A DNA stretch of 63,817 nt, counting the filler, from Folioceros fuciformis (lineage: Eukaryota), in NCBI GenBank assembly GCA_049999805.1. It is 11 parts of 11 records of this genome, joined end to end, with 100 filler letters (N's around TTAATTAATTAA, not from the genome) between each part and the next. Parts side by side here need not be neighbours in the genome. Positions count along the whole stretch, not along the records: positions 1 to 2,761 come from JBNGIO010004920.1; positions 2,862 to 8,670 come from JBNGIO010004921.1; positions 8,771 to 15,463 come from JBNGIO010004922.1; 8 more parts are not named here. The stretch is one strand, 5' to 3'. The notes under the pieces are model-generated. The model was not told where the DNA came from. It saw only the letters and a program-made list of their open reading frames with translations, and searched no databases. Made by a program: the position numbers and the translations under genes. The number at the start of each line of letters is the position of its first letter. The first letter of the stretch is position 1. Below, piece by piece: positions 1-9,620 of this stretch.

Positions 1-2761
1 AGCACAAAAGTGAAGCCTTCTCTTGCTTTCTTCTGTACCTCTCGTATTCTCAACGCTTTACAGGTCAGAAATTGAAGTGCTTGAGAAGTGACAATGGAGG
101 CGAGTTTACCTCAGGAGAATTCACGGAGGTTTTGCTCACGGGAGGGTATTCTTCGGCAACTCACCGTTCCCTATGAGCATGAGCAAAATCCTTTGCCTGA
201 GAACAAAAACAAGGTCACACAGGCTACTGCTAAGTCTATGCTGCATCTTTCCCGACTTCCCCAGTGCTTTTGGGCAAAAGCACACCTTTTGAGCGGTGGA
301 CTGGCGTTAAGCCTCGGGTGGACCACTTGCGTATCTGGGGCTGTCCAGCCTATGCTCATACACCTGATGAAGTCAGACGCAAGATGGACTTTAAGGCAAC
401 CAAACACCTGTTCATCGGCTATACAGAGGGCATTAAAGGCTACAAGCTTTCTAACCCCCTGCACCGTCATTTCCAGCATGCCAGAAATGTTATCTTTGAT
501 GAGCAGTCCCTTCTACAAGCCTCAGAATAGGGCAGAGATGTACCTGGCCTGGAACGCCTCACAACTGATGAACAAGATGCATCCTCAACACATGATGAAC
601 ATTTGGTTACCTCTCAGCAAGTACCAACCGCCACTGAATAGCCTGCCGATGCCTTTCCAGAAGATGAACCTGACCTCACTGCAGATGACTCAACCTCGGA
701 GACAAGTGACCAGGTTGACGAGCCTCAGCATGAGGATCATGACAATGTGACTAACGAAAGTACCCCACCTTCTCCTCCACTTGAAGTTGAGGAGAATGTG
801 GAGCAACTCTCTTCAGAGGTCGCTGAGGAAGTAGTTCAGGCACCACAAGAACTGAGGAGATCTGCTAGGTGTCATACCATAGATCCAAGTTAGTGGACAT
901 ACAAACCACTGAGCTACGAATTGGATGAAGAGTATCGAAGACAGCACGCAAACCTTGCAGCCAGCTCAGATGCTCCCGCAACTTATGACTTTCGCATACC
1001 TCATAACTACGTTGCACACGCCCTGATAGCAGCTCAGGACCTCGGAGAACTTGCTACCCTGAAGGAAGCACTAACCTCCCCAGAAGGCAAGCTCTGGAAG
1101 GTTGGCATAGACTCTGAATACCAGTCTCTTATTGATAATCAGACTTGGGAGCTGGTAGACCTGCCTCCAGGACGCAAACCACTCACAGGCAAATGGGTGT
1201 TTAAGAAAAAGTTGAATCCTGATGGGTCAGTGGCCAGATATAAGGCAAGATACGTCATTCATGGATACAAGCAGGTCGAGGGACTGGACTTTCATGAGAT
1301 GTTCTCACCTGTTGTACGAGCCTCCTCTGTAAGGATGCTCTTTGCCTTGGCTGCTGAATGCAAGTTGGATATTCACCAAATGGACGTGAAGACCGCTTTC
1401 CTGCATGGTGAAATAGACGAGGAAATGTATATCACCCAACCTGAGGGATATGTCAGTAAGACTGAACCACATAAGGTATGCAAGTTAAGGAAGAGCCTGT
1501 ACGGCTTAAAACAAGCGCCAAGGATATGGTACCAGAAGATTCATGCTTACTTGGTCAAGTCTGGATTCAGTCAGAGTGATGCTGACACAAACGTCTACAT
1601 CCTGAGATTTAGGACAGCTCACTTTCTTCTTAGGCATACAGATAGTCATCAGTCCAAACAAGAGCAGCATATTCTGTCACCAAGCACACTACGTAAGGCA
1701 AATGTTAGAAAGATTTATTATGACAGACTGTAAGCCAGCAATCACTCCCATGGCTGTGGGAGAGAAGTTCTCCACAGACCAGAGCCCAGAGACAGAAGCT
1801 GAGAAGTTGGAAATGGGAAAGAAACCCTACAGTATGCTAACAGGATGCCTTATCTGGATCAGCGGGTGGACAAGACTTGATGTAGCTCCGGCTGCACGAG
1901 TCTTCTCAAGATTTCTTGCTAACCCTGGCATTGCACACTGGACAGGGATTAAGAGAGTCCTGCGCTATTTAAAAGGAACGCAACATCTTGGACTCAAATA
2001 CGAGTCACAAGGAAAGTTTCCACTACTCATCTGCTACTCTGACTCTGATTGGGCAAGTGATGAAGACTTTAGACAGTCAATCACTGCCAATTGTACAATC
2101 CTCTCTGGAGGAGCAGTCAGCTGGACGTCAAAGAAGCAGACTGTGGTCGCACTCTCTAGCACCGAGGCAGAATATACGGCCGCAACTGCAGCCGCTCAAG
2201 AAACAGTCTACAACCACCTGTTCATGGCGTCTGTGGGTTTTCCTCAACCCGGAGCCACAACTGTCTACTGCGACAACCAGTCAGCCATAGCCCTGTCCAG
2301 AAATCCAGTGCACCACTCTCGGACCAGGCACATAGCCGTCAAACAGCACTATATCATGCAGATAGTAGCCTTTGGAGAAATCGACCTAGTCTACGTACCC
2401 ACAGAGCAAAACGTGGTAGACCTACTCACTAAGTCACTCGCAAAGGACACACACACCGCTCACTGCAAGGGTCTGGGGCTCGACACTCAACCAAGTTCTT
2501 GACTCTCGCACACCTGCACAGCACAAGCACAAGCACGCACATGCCCACTCAGAGGGTTAGTGTGGAGGCAAAACCCCGGGCACTGATTGCCGACGGGTCC
2601 CACCTTTAGTGGCCACACTTATCCCACTGTCGTTGAGACATTGGGTTTCGTTCCCACGAAGGAGCGATGGGGTTCCTTGCTGCTGTGGATGGAGGGTCGG
2701 ACTTGATGAACTCGATGATGGATTCGAGGGCTCCCCTCCAGCTCCGATCAGGCGTAGGACA
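1..2761 (+). mobile_element. Ty1/copia retrotransposon A, 3' part (integrase C-terminus, RT, RNase H, PPT, start of 3' LTR); inactive
   Basis: Frameshifted integrase (CLRSDNGGEF, FIGYTEGIKGY), RT 921-1733 (KWVFKKK, HQMDVKTAFLHG, LYGLKQAPR) and RNase H 1702-2502 (YSDSDWA, VALSSTEAEY, DNQSA). Purine-rich AGAGGGTTAG at 2551-2560, then LTR starting TGTGGAGG at 2561, cut by the gap. Confidence 0.93.
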
Positions 2762-2861
2762 NNNNNNNNNNNNNNNNNNNNNNNNNNNNNNNNNNNNNNN
2801 NNNNNTTAATTAATTAANNNNNNNNNNNNNNNNNNNNNNNNNNNNNNNNNNNNNNNNNNNN
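2762..2861. other. Artificial contig spacer (44 N + TTAATTAATTAA + 44 N); also at 8671, 15464, 21460, 42504, 46273, 50359, 57521, 58843, 62220
   Basis: Identical 100-bp structure ten times; TTAATTAATTAA puts stops in all six frames. Confidence 0.98.
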
Positions 2862-3019
2862 TGGTCAATTAACCCAATTAGCACAAAGAAAAATAGGAAA
2901 AATGACCAGAAAATCAAGGAAAATTAGGGAAAATAAGTTGAAAAAGAAAACCAAACCATACCACTATTAACCCTTTTTCAACCAAAACAAACTACTACCC
3001 CAAACTTTGGAGGTTCACA
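2862..3019 (-). repeat. LTR-like terminus, inverted copy of 8384-8541
   Basis: 158 bp near-identical reverse complement of 8384-8541; inner ends read ...GGTTCACA / TGTGAACC... like an LTR boundary. Confidence 0.75.
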
Positions 3020-3123
3020 CAGTGTCTGGTAGGATCGCAAGCAGCGTGTTGGCGGCTGTACAGTGTCTGGTAGGATCGCGGGCAGCGTGTTGCCGGTTGT
3101 ATAGTGTCTGGTAGGATCACAAG
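3020..3123. repeat. 41-bp tandem repeat, ~2.5 copies
   Basis: (C/T)AGTGTCTGGTAGGATC starts at 3020, 3061 and 3102. Confidence 0.85.
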
Positions 3124-3260
3124 GTGTAATGACCAGGGTGTAGGGGCTTGCCCCTAGCTCTTGATTGTAAAGGATGTGTCTTTCTCTCGACCTATCCACT
3201 CTTGTTCCTTGCTTGGACAAGTGCTGTAGGCCGGCCATGTTTCATGGCATCTGGTAAGGT

Positions 3261-3731
3261 TGTAGGGGGGGAGATATCCAAGAGGGGAGTGTGTTCCCTT
3301 CTTCCTTTTGTTTGGGGTTAGTCTAGTGACTCTTGCCGGGTAGGAGGAGTCAGTAGGGAAGTGTAGAAGGTAGTGGTGTCGTTGTTAGTTGCTGGTGTTG
3401 GTGCTGGAGTGAGGGAGTGAGTGAAGTGAGTGAGAAAAGTCGCAGATCTGAGAGGTTAGGGTCGTTGTAGTGACAGGAGTGAGTTTGTGGGCACCGAGAG
3501 AGGTGCAGCTGACCGCCGGACAGGGAGGCCTGTCCTACGCCTGATCGGAGCTGGAGGGGAGCCCTTGAATCCATCATTGAGTCGATCAAGTCCGACCCTC
3601 CATCCACAGCAACAAGGAACCCCATCGCTCCTTCGTGGGAACGAAACCCAATGTCTCAACGACAGTGGGATAAGTGTGGCCACTAAAGGTGGAACCCGTT
3701 GGCAATCAGTGCCCGAGGTTTTGCCTCCACA
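3261..3731 (-). mobile_element. Solo LTR (471 bp) of copia family A with AAGGT TSD
   Basis: TG...CA ends; AAGGT at 3256-3260 and 3732-3736; ~3530-3731 is the reverse complement of the LTR at 2561-2761. Confidence 0.9.
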
Positions 3732-5137
3732 AAGGTGGAGAGGAAGCAACTCGAGTTTGGCTCCGGCTCGAGTCATGCTTTGAGCAGGGAGGCTACGGTG
3801 GTGTGGACAAAGGTCAGGGGTGCAGCCCGCCAGGTGAATGTGTGTAGACAAAGTTGAGGGACTTGCGAACTGCCTCGTCCAAGCGGAAAGCCTAGTACAG
3901 GCGTGTTGCTAGCGGGTGGGAAGCCCAATGATAGTTATGTTGTTAGAGATGGTGGATTGTCGCTTCGAGTGCCAAGCTTACAAGTTGCCCACTCAGGGGC
4001 ACTAGATGAGTAGCTCTGCTAGGTCAATGGCCTTGGCCAGCAGAATGGAGGGAAGGATCAGAAGAAGATGGAGATTCTGAAGTGTTGAGGGTGATTTGAG
4101 GGAAAAGGATGATCCGGGAAGAGAGTGTCGAGAGGCACTCATGAGTTTTGGTAGTTTGGAGAGGTTGATTAATTTTGATAGGAGCAACCAGGGCCGCAAG
4201 TCGGGGGCAGGTTAGGTCAGAGTTAGCATTAGGATTAGGTTGTGGAAGTTAATTAGGTTAATTACTTAAATAGGCAGGCTTTACATTAATTATTAATTAG
4301 GCACCCGAATCGTTACATGATATGAAGCGCCATTGCGTTTCATACGGTCGTGACTCTAGACTAACCGCCACATTCCTTGCTTTGTGAACAGGCACGAGCA
4401 CGCCTTAAGAGGCCAAGGTCACGGCCAATAAATAATTCTTCCTTTTGTGTTTTTATCTCTCTCTCTCTCTCTCTTTCTCGATCCTTCGACTATCTTCATG
4501 GTATCAGTGCCATGCTCATGATTTGATAGAGTCCATCCGCCCTCTTTCGAGGACTTCAGTCGGAGGCCAGATTGAGTCTCCACAAGGGTGACGAATTTTT
4601 GAAACACTGTCAGAACATCATCCTTTTTCCTCAAAGGATAAACCCACATCTTGCGTGAAAAGTCATCAATGAAAGTGACAAAATAAGATGCACCGCCTAA
4701 CGATACAGTGGGCATAGGTCCACAAACTTCACTGTGAACCAACTCAAGAGGTTTACTTTTGTGTTTACCTCTTGCTCCATATGGTGACTTCGTCTGTTTC
4801 CCATACAAACAGTGCTCACACACGGAGAAATCGGAGAAGTCAAAAGCAGGGTCGTAACCAAAACGAGATAAGATCTTCATTCCTTTTTGAGACATATGTC
4901 CTAACCGACTATGCCACAAGGAAACACTTGGCTGTTCCGCTACACAAATCACATGATCCTTAACAATGGTTACCTGAAGTGAGTACAAAGTGCCACACTT
5001 CGATCCACGAGCTATCACAAGAGAACCTTTGGAGATCTTCCAAGAACGATCTCCAAACCAACAGTGGTAGCCAGCGTCATCCAACTGCCCTGCGCTAATC
5101 ATGCTTTTGGTCAACTTCGGAACATGCCTGACATCCT

Positions 5138-6211
5138 TTAGTGTGAATGAAGTCCGTTGTCGAACTTCAGCTGCACATCACCAACGCCTGCTATCTCGCA
5201 CGCGTAGTTATTTCCAAGCCGAACACATCCTTTCCTAGTAGCATCATAAGTGCTAAACCACTCCCTATGCAGAGTAACTTGGAAAGATGCTCCAGAGTCA
5301 ATTATCCAATTAGAGAATAAGTGACTCTCCATGGCTGTCAGTTGTGCAGAACCAAAAGAAGAAGAGATAAGAACATCTTCATCGTCAAAAGAGTTCACCT
5401 CATCACGCTCGATACTCGAATCTGCCTTGTTGTCGCTCTGCTTCTTCTCCTTGCCTTTTTCCTTCTTGAACTTCTCGCAGTCCCTTCTGATGTGACCCTT
5501 CTTGTGACAATGGTAACACTCAACATTGTTACAACTACGAGATTTGCTACGGGAAGAACTTCGCTCCTTGTACTTCCCCTTTGAAGTGGACCTTCCTCTC
5601 ACCATGAGGGCATTAGAACCTTTCGAAGGTTCCATATTCTTCCTGTTCACCTCCTCTGTTAACAGGCTATCTTCTACATTTACAACGGTAAGACCACTGG
5701 CAGGAGCGGAATTACTCAGAGCCGTACGGAAGGTGTCCCAGCTCTCTGGTAATGTGACCAACAGAAACATAGCTCTCATGGAATCTGGGAATGAGATACC
5801 TTGAGATAAGAGCTGGCTGAAAATGGTATTGAACTCATTTAGATGATCGGACATCCTCGTCCCTTCCTTCATCTTCAAGTCCACCAGCTGTTTCAACCAA
5901 TACACCTGAGAAGCCGCACTTTGCTTCTCATACAAGTCACACAGCTTCTGCCATAGCTCGAAACTTGTGGTCTTGTCTTTCACGTTGAAGTAGACCGACT
6001 TCGACACTGTTAGCATGATGGTAGACCTAGCAAGCTCATCTAGATCCTGCCACTCATCCTGAGTCATGCTAACAGGTTTCACTCCTAGCAGCTTGATGGG
6101 CTTGATCTGCTTCTTCTGTACTAGAACATTATACACTTGTTCTTTCCAGAACGGGAAGTTAGTACCATCTAACTTCTCGATATTGAACATGACATTTTCT
6201 GAGGACATCAT
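5138..6211 (-). pseudogene. Copia gag-protease ORF, frameshifted relative to the downstream integrase
   Basis: Gag, CCHC knuckle and DSGAS; the reading FDNG/TSFTLKDVRHVP needs a frameshift near 5150. Confidence 0.85.
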
Positions 6212-6725
6212 GCTTCAAAATCGATCCAAACCAACCAAAAGGCTAGTTTGAAATGGGTCGAAATGAAATGTAGATTCTACAGGTTACCCTCACAACTTCT
6301 TCCGAATCGTATGTCCACAACTTGGGCCTCTGTCGCTCATAACAGGAATGTCCTCCTACATCTGATTGAGATCCTGACTTCCTCAGCCGGGGTCAATACG
6401 GCGCCCACACTCTCGCTCCCGGCGTCTGCGATTTGTTCACTTTCCGGCGCTCGTCAATCGGGTCCTCGCTTCACTGGCACGCTCGTTTCGTGCGTCACGG
6501 GCACCCACGTGGTGCCCGGTGGCGCCTAGGTGGCATCCAAGTGGCACCTAGGTGGCGCCTGCATGGCGCCCAAGTGGCGCCTGGGTGGCACCGAGGTGGT
6601 GCCCGCGTGGCGCCCAAGCAGCGTTGATGTGGCGCCCGCTGGCGCTCACATGGCGCCTAGGTGGTGCCTACGTGGCACCCCTCCCCCTCCTAGATGGCCA
6701 TCTTCATGGTCTTGCTCCACAACCT

Positions 6726-6737
6726 GCTCTGATACCA
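6726..6737 (-). promoter_or_regulatory. Primer binding site for initiator tRNA-Met
   Basis: TGGTATCAGAGC on the minus strand, 2 nt inside the LTR end. Confidence 0.92.
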
Positions 6738-7021
6738 CTTGTAGGATCACTAGAGGAGCATGGTGGAGGAGAGGAGAAGAGGAGGCAGAGAGGAGAGGAG
6801 AAAAAGAGGTCACATTGAGAGTAGTTGGCAAGGGAGCTCAAGAGGGTATTTATACCCTCTAGAAGAGCTCCCTAGGAAGCTTCACAAGAAGCTCACAGGA
6901 AGCTGCGCAAGAAGCTTCCTACAAATTAGCTTAAGCTAATCTAAACTAATGATACTTAACTAGACACTAATCTTAGACTAAACACATTAGCCTAAGCACA
7001 TTGGGCTTTAATAACCCTACA

Positions 7022-7490
7022 ATGAGGGCATTGGAACCTTTCGAAGGTTCCATGCAAATCAACTAAAAGGCTAGTTAGTAAACAGTCGGAATGTAATGTA
7101 GATTCTCAAAGTTACCCTCATAACTTGTTCCAAATCGGATGTCCACAACTTGGGCTTCGATCGCTCACAACTGGAATGTCTCCCATCGTCCGATCGAGAT
7201 ATTGACTTCCATGGTCAGGGTCAGTTTGGCGCCCACACCCTCGCACTCAACAACCGCAATTTGTTCGCTTTCTTGCATCCATCTTGCGCACTCGGTGCCT
7301 GGAAAGATCCTTGCCTTGGTAGCACTCCACTGGCGAACGACTACCGTCCAGGTATCTCTTCCATTGGTGCCTAGTTGGTGCCCAGTTGGCGCCCTGCTGG
7401 CGCCCTGCTGGCGGCCAAGTGGCACCTTGGTGCCCGAGTGGCGCCTTGTTGGCGCTCAAGTGGCAACCGAATGGCACCTTGTTGGCGCAT
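7022..7490 (-). mobile_element. Older, internally deleted relative of family X (leader fused to mid-gag), target of copy 1
   Basis: 7022-7052 matches gag at ~5604-5634; 7054-7490 is a diverged copy of the leader at ~6227-6660. Confidence 0.8.
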
Positions 7491-8383
7491 GAGGGACTGG
7501 TGCATGAGTTTAGGGTTGCCCTATATATATACCCTAAATCCTAAACCCTATATATATACCCTAAACCCTATATATATATATATTGATCATATGAAAGGTT
7601 TAAAGAAAACACTTCAAAGTATTTTAAAAATAAATTAAAAAATGAATGCCCTAAATGAATTTGAAACCCTAATTGATAGACATACGAAGTACATGACCAT
7701 GACCATTATATATTAGCTTGAGCACTCTTGGCTAAGTTAGTATGCTGAGGTACGTTTTCACTTTTGCTCTCTTCCCCTTTGGTCCCCGCTCCTCTCCTCT
7801 CCACTTTTTGTTTTTGTTGAATGTATTCTCTCTCTCCTTTGGTTGCGTTTCTCTTTTCTTTCTTAATGTGTTTTATCGATTTTGTGTGTCACATGAGTGC
7901 GTTTGGTTTCTTGGATTGTTCCATTTTTCTCTTGTTGTGTGTGTTTTCTTCTTTTTCTTATGGTCCTTAATTGTCTCTTCTCTTTCTAATATGTTTGACC
8001 TAAGTGCTTCTTTTCTTCTTCCATTGTTTCTATCTTGTTTCCTCTTAGAGTTCTTTTGGTTTCGGTTTTGGTTTTTTTTTCTTTTCGAGCTATTCTTTCT
8101 CTCCTTCTTTTGAGGGTTTCATTGATTTTGTCGTAATCCTAATGTTAGTCTTAATCTTAGTCTTCATCTTCATATTGTTCTTGTTCTTCATGGTGAATCT
8201 ATTTCGTGTTTGATTGTTTATTTTTGTTTTCTGCTTTTTATTTTGTTCTATGCTTTGAATTAATCTTTATCTTATTGTTTTATGTCTTTATCTTTATAGA
8301 TCTATAATTGAACTTTTATGAACATCAAAATTTTAAACTCAAAAGGAGATCCCTTCAATAATTCAATTATGAGAGAAGTCTAT

Positions 8384-8670
8384 TGTGAACCTCCAAAGTT
8401 TGGGGTAGTAGTTTGTTTGGGTTGAAAAAGGGTTAATAGTGGTATGGTTTGGTTTTCTTTTTCAACTTATTTTCCCTAATTTTCCTTGATTTTCTGGTCA
8501 TTTTTCCTATTTTTCTTTGTGCTAATTGGGTTAATTGACCAAGAAATAGTGGGTTTGGTTATAAGAGTGGGTATAGCTTTGGTTCCAGAGCTGGGAAGGT
8601 TTAGGTTCGGTACCAGGCCATAGGGTTGGGTGATTAGTTTAATATTAATTAAAGATATATAATATTAAAT
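8384..8670 (+). repeat. LTR-like terminus running into the gap (inverted partner of 2862-3019)
   Basis: Starts TGTGAACC; reverse-complement match to 2862-3019. Confidence 0.75.
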
Positions 8671-8770
8671 NNNNNNNNNNNNNNNNNNNNNNNNNNNNNN
8701 NNNNNNNNNNNNNNTTAATTAATTAANNNNNNNNNNNNNNNNNNNNNNNNNNNNNNNNNNNNNNNNNNNN

Positions 8771-8965
8771 TACAAGGGAGCTCAAGGGGGTATTTATACC
8801 CTCTAGAAGAGCTCCCTAGGAAACTTCACAAGAAGCCCACAGGAAGCTGCACAAGAAGCTACCTACAGATTAGCTTAAGCTAATCTAAACTAATGGTACT
8901 TAATTAGACACTAATCTTAGACTAAACACATTAGTCTAAGCACATTGGGCTTTAAGAACCCTATA
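8771..8965 (-). mobile_element. Family X LTR (partial, cut by gap) inserted in the RT of another copia
   Basis: High identity to ~6829-7021; immediately followed by GRTIVKCKWVLK. Confidence 0.9.
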
Positions 8966-9620
8966 GGAAGGACAATTGTCAAGTGCAAGTGGGTACTCAA
9001 AACAAAGTTTCAAGAGGTTGAGCCCCGCATACGTTATAAAGCGAGGCTAGTCGCCAAGGGCTATAGTAAGAAAGAAGGAGCCGACTATCAAGGCGATCAA
9101 GTGTACTCACCTGTCATCAAAGTAGCTTCAATAAGGATGCTCCGTGCTTTATGTGCAGAACATAACTTGGACATCTATCAGCTGGACGTTTGTGCAACCT
9201 TCCTCTATGGTCACTTGGAAGAAGAGATCTACATGGATCAACCTGAGGATTATCAGGATAAGAGATTCCCGCAAAAGGTGTGTAAACTCCTTTGTTCTAT
9301 TTATGGGCTCAAACAAAGTCCTCGACTGTGGTACAAGAGAATTGACTCTTATCTTAAGAAGATTGGCTTCGTGCAAAGCGAAGCAGATACTAACCTGTAT
9401 GTGCTACAAAAGGACAGCTCACTTGTTTTAATAGCGTTGTACGTGGATGACTTAGTTATCCCCGGTAATAATGTGGAGCTGGTTAACCAGATCAAGGCTG
9501 ATCTCAGCAAGGAGTTTGAAATGAAAGATCTGGGTCAAGTTAAATACATCCTTGGAATGCATGTACATAAAGACAGGTCCACTGGAGCAATCTACCTTCA
9601 TCAAGGTCGATATGTAGCCG
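8966..9620 (+). pseudogene. Copia reverse transcriptase fragment (DYQGDQVYSP family)
   Basis: RYKARLVAKGY, YQLDV, IYGLKQSPR, LYVDDL, MKDLG; ends abruptly at GRYVA. Confidence 0.9.

Larger units (their letters stand above)
4550..7021 (-). mobile_element. Ty1/copia family X copy 1: 5' LTR (6740-7021), PBS, GC-rich leader, gag-protease, partial integrase; 3'-truncated
   Basis: 282-bp TG..CA LTR; PBS at 6726-6737; ORF 5138-6211 with CYHCHKKGHIRRDC knuckle and WIIDSGASF protease; ORF 4419-5114 with LWHSRLGH and FIDDFSRK, breaking off just before the SDNGGE motif near 4550. Confidence 0.93.

Noticed and set aside
2762-2861. Recurrent palindrome TTAATTAATTAA, and ORFs ending in X...LIN
   Set aside because: Synthetic spacer centred in every N-gap; not biological.
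6826-6842. AAGGGAGCTC resembling part of miR159/319
   Set aside because: Only ~10 nt match, inside an LTR, with no precursor hairpin seen.
6248-6862. Several overlapping 60-110 aa ORFs (also 23462-24036 and 62650-63355)
   Set aside because: By-products of the GC-rich repetitive leader; no protein motifs.
7742-8113. 123-aa Phe/Leu-rich 'membrane protein' ORF
   Set aside because: Translation of T-rich low-complexity DNA.
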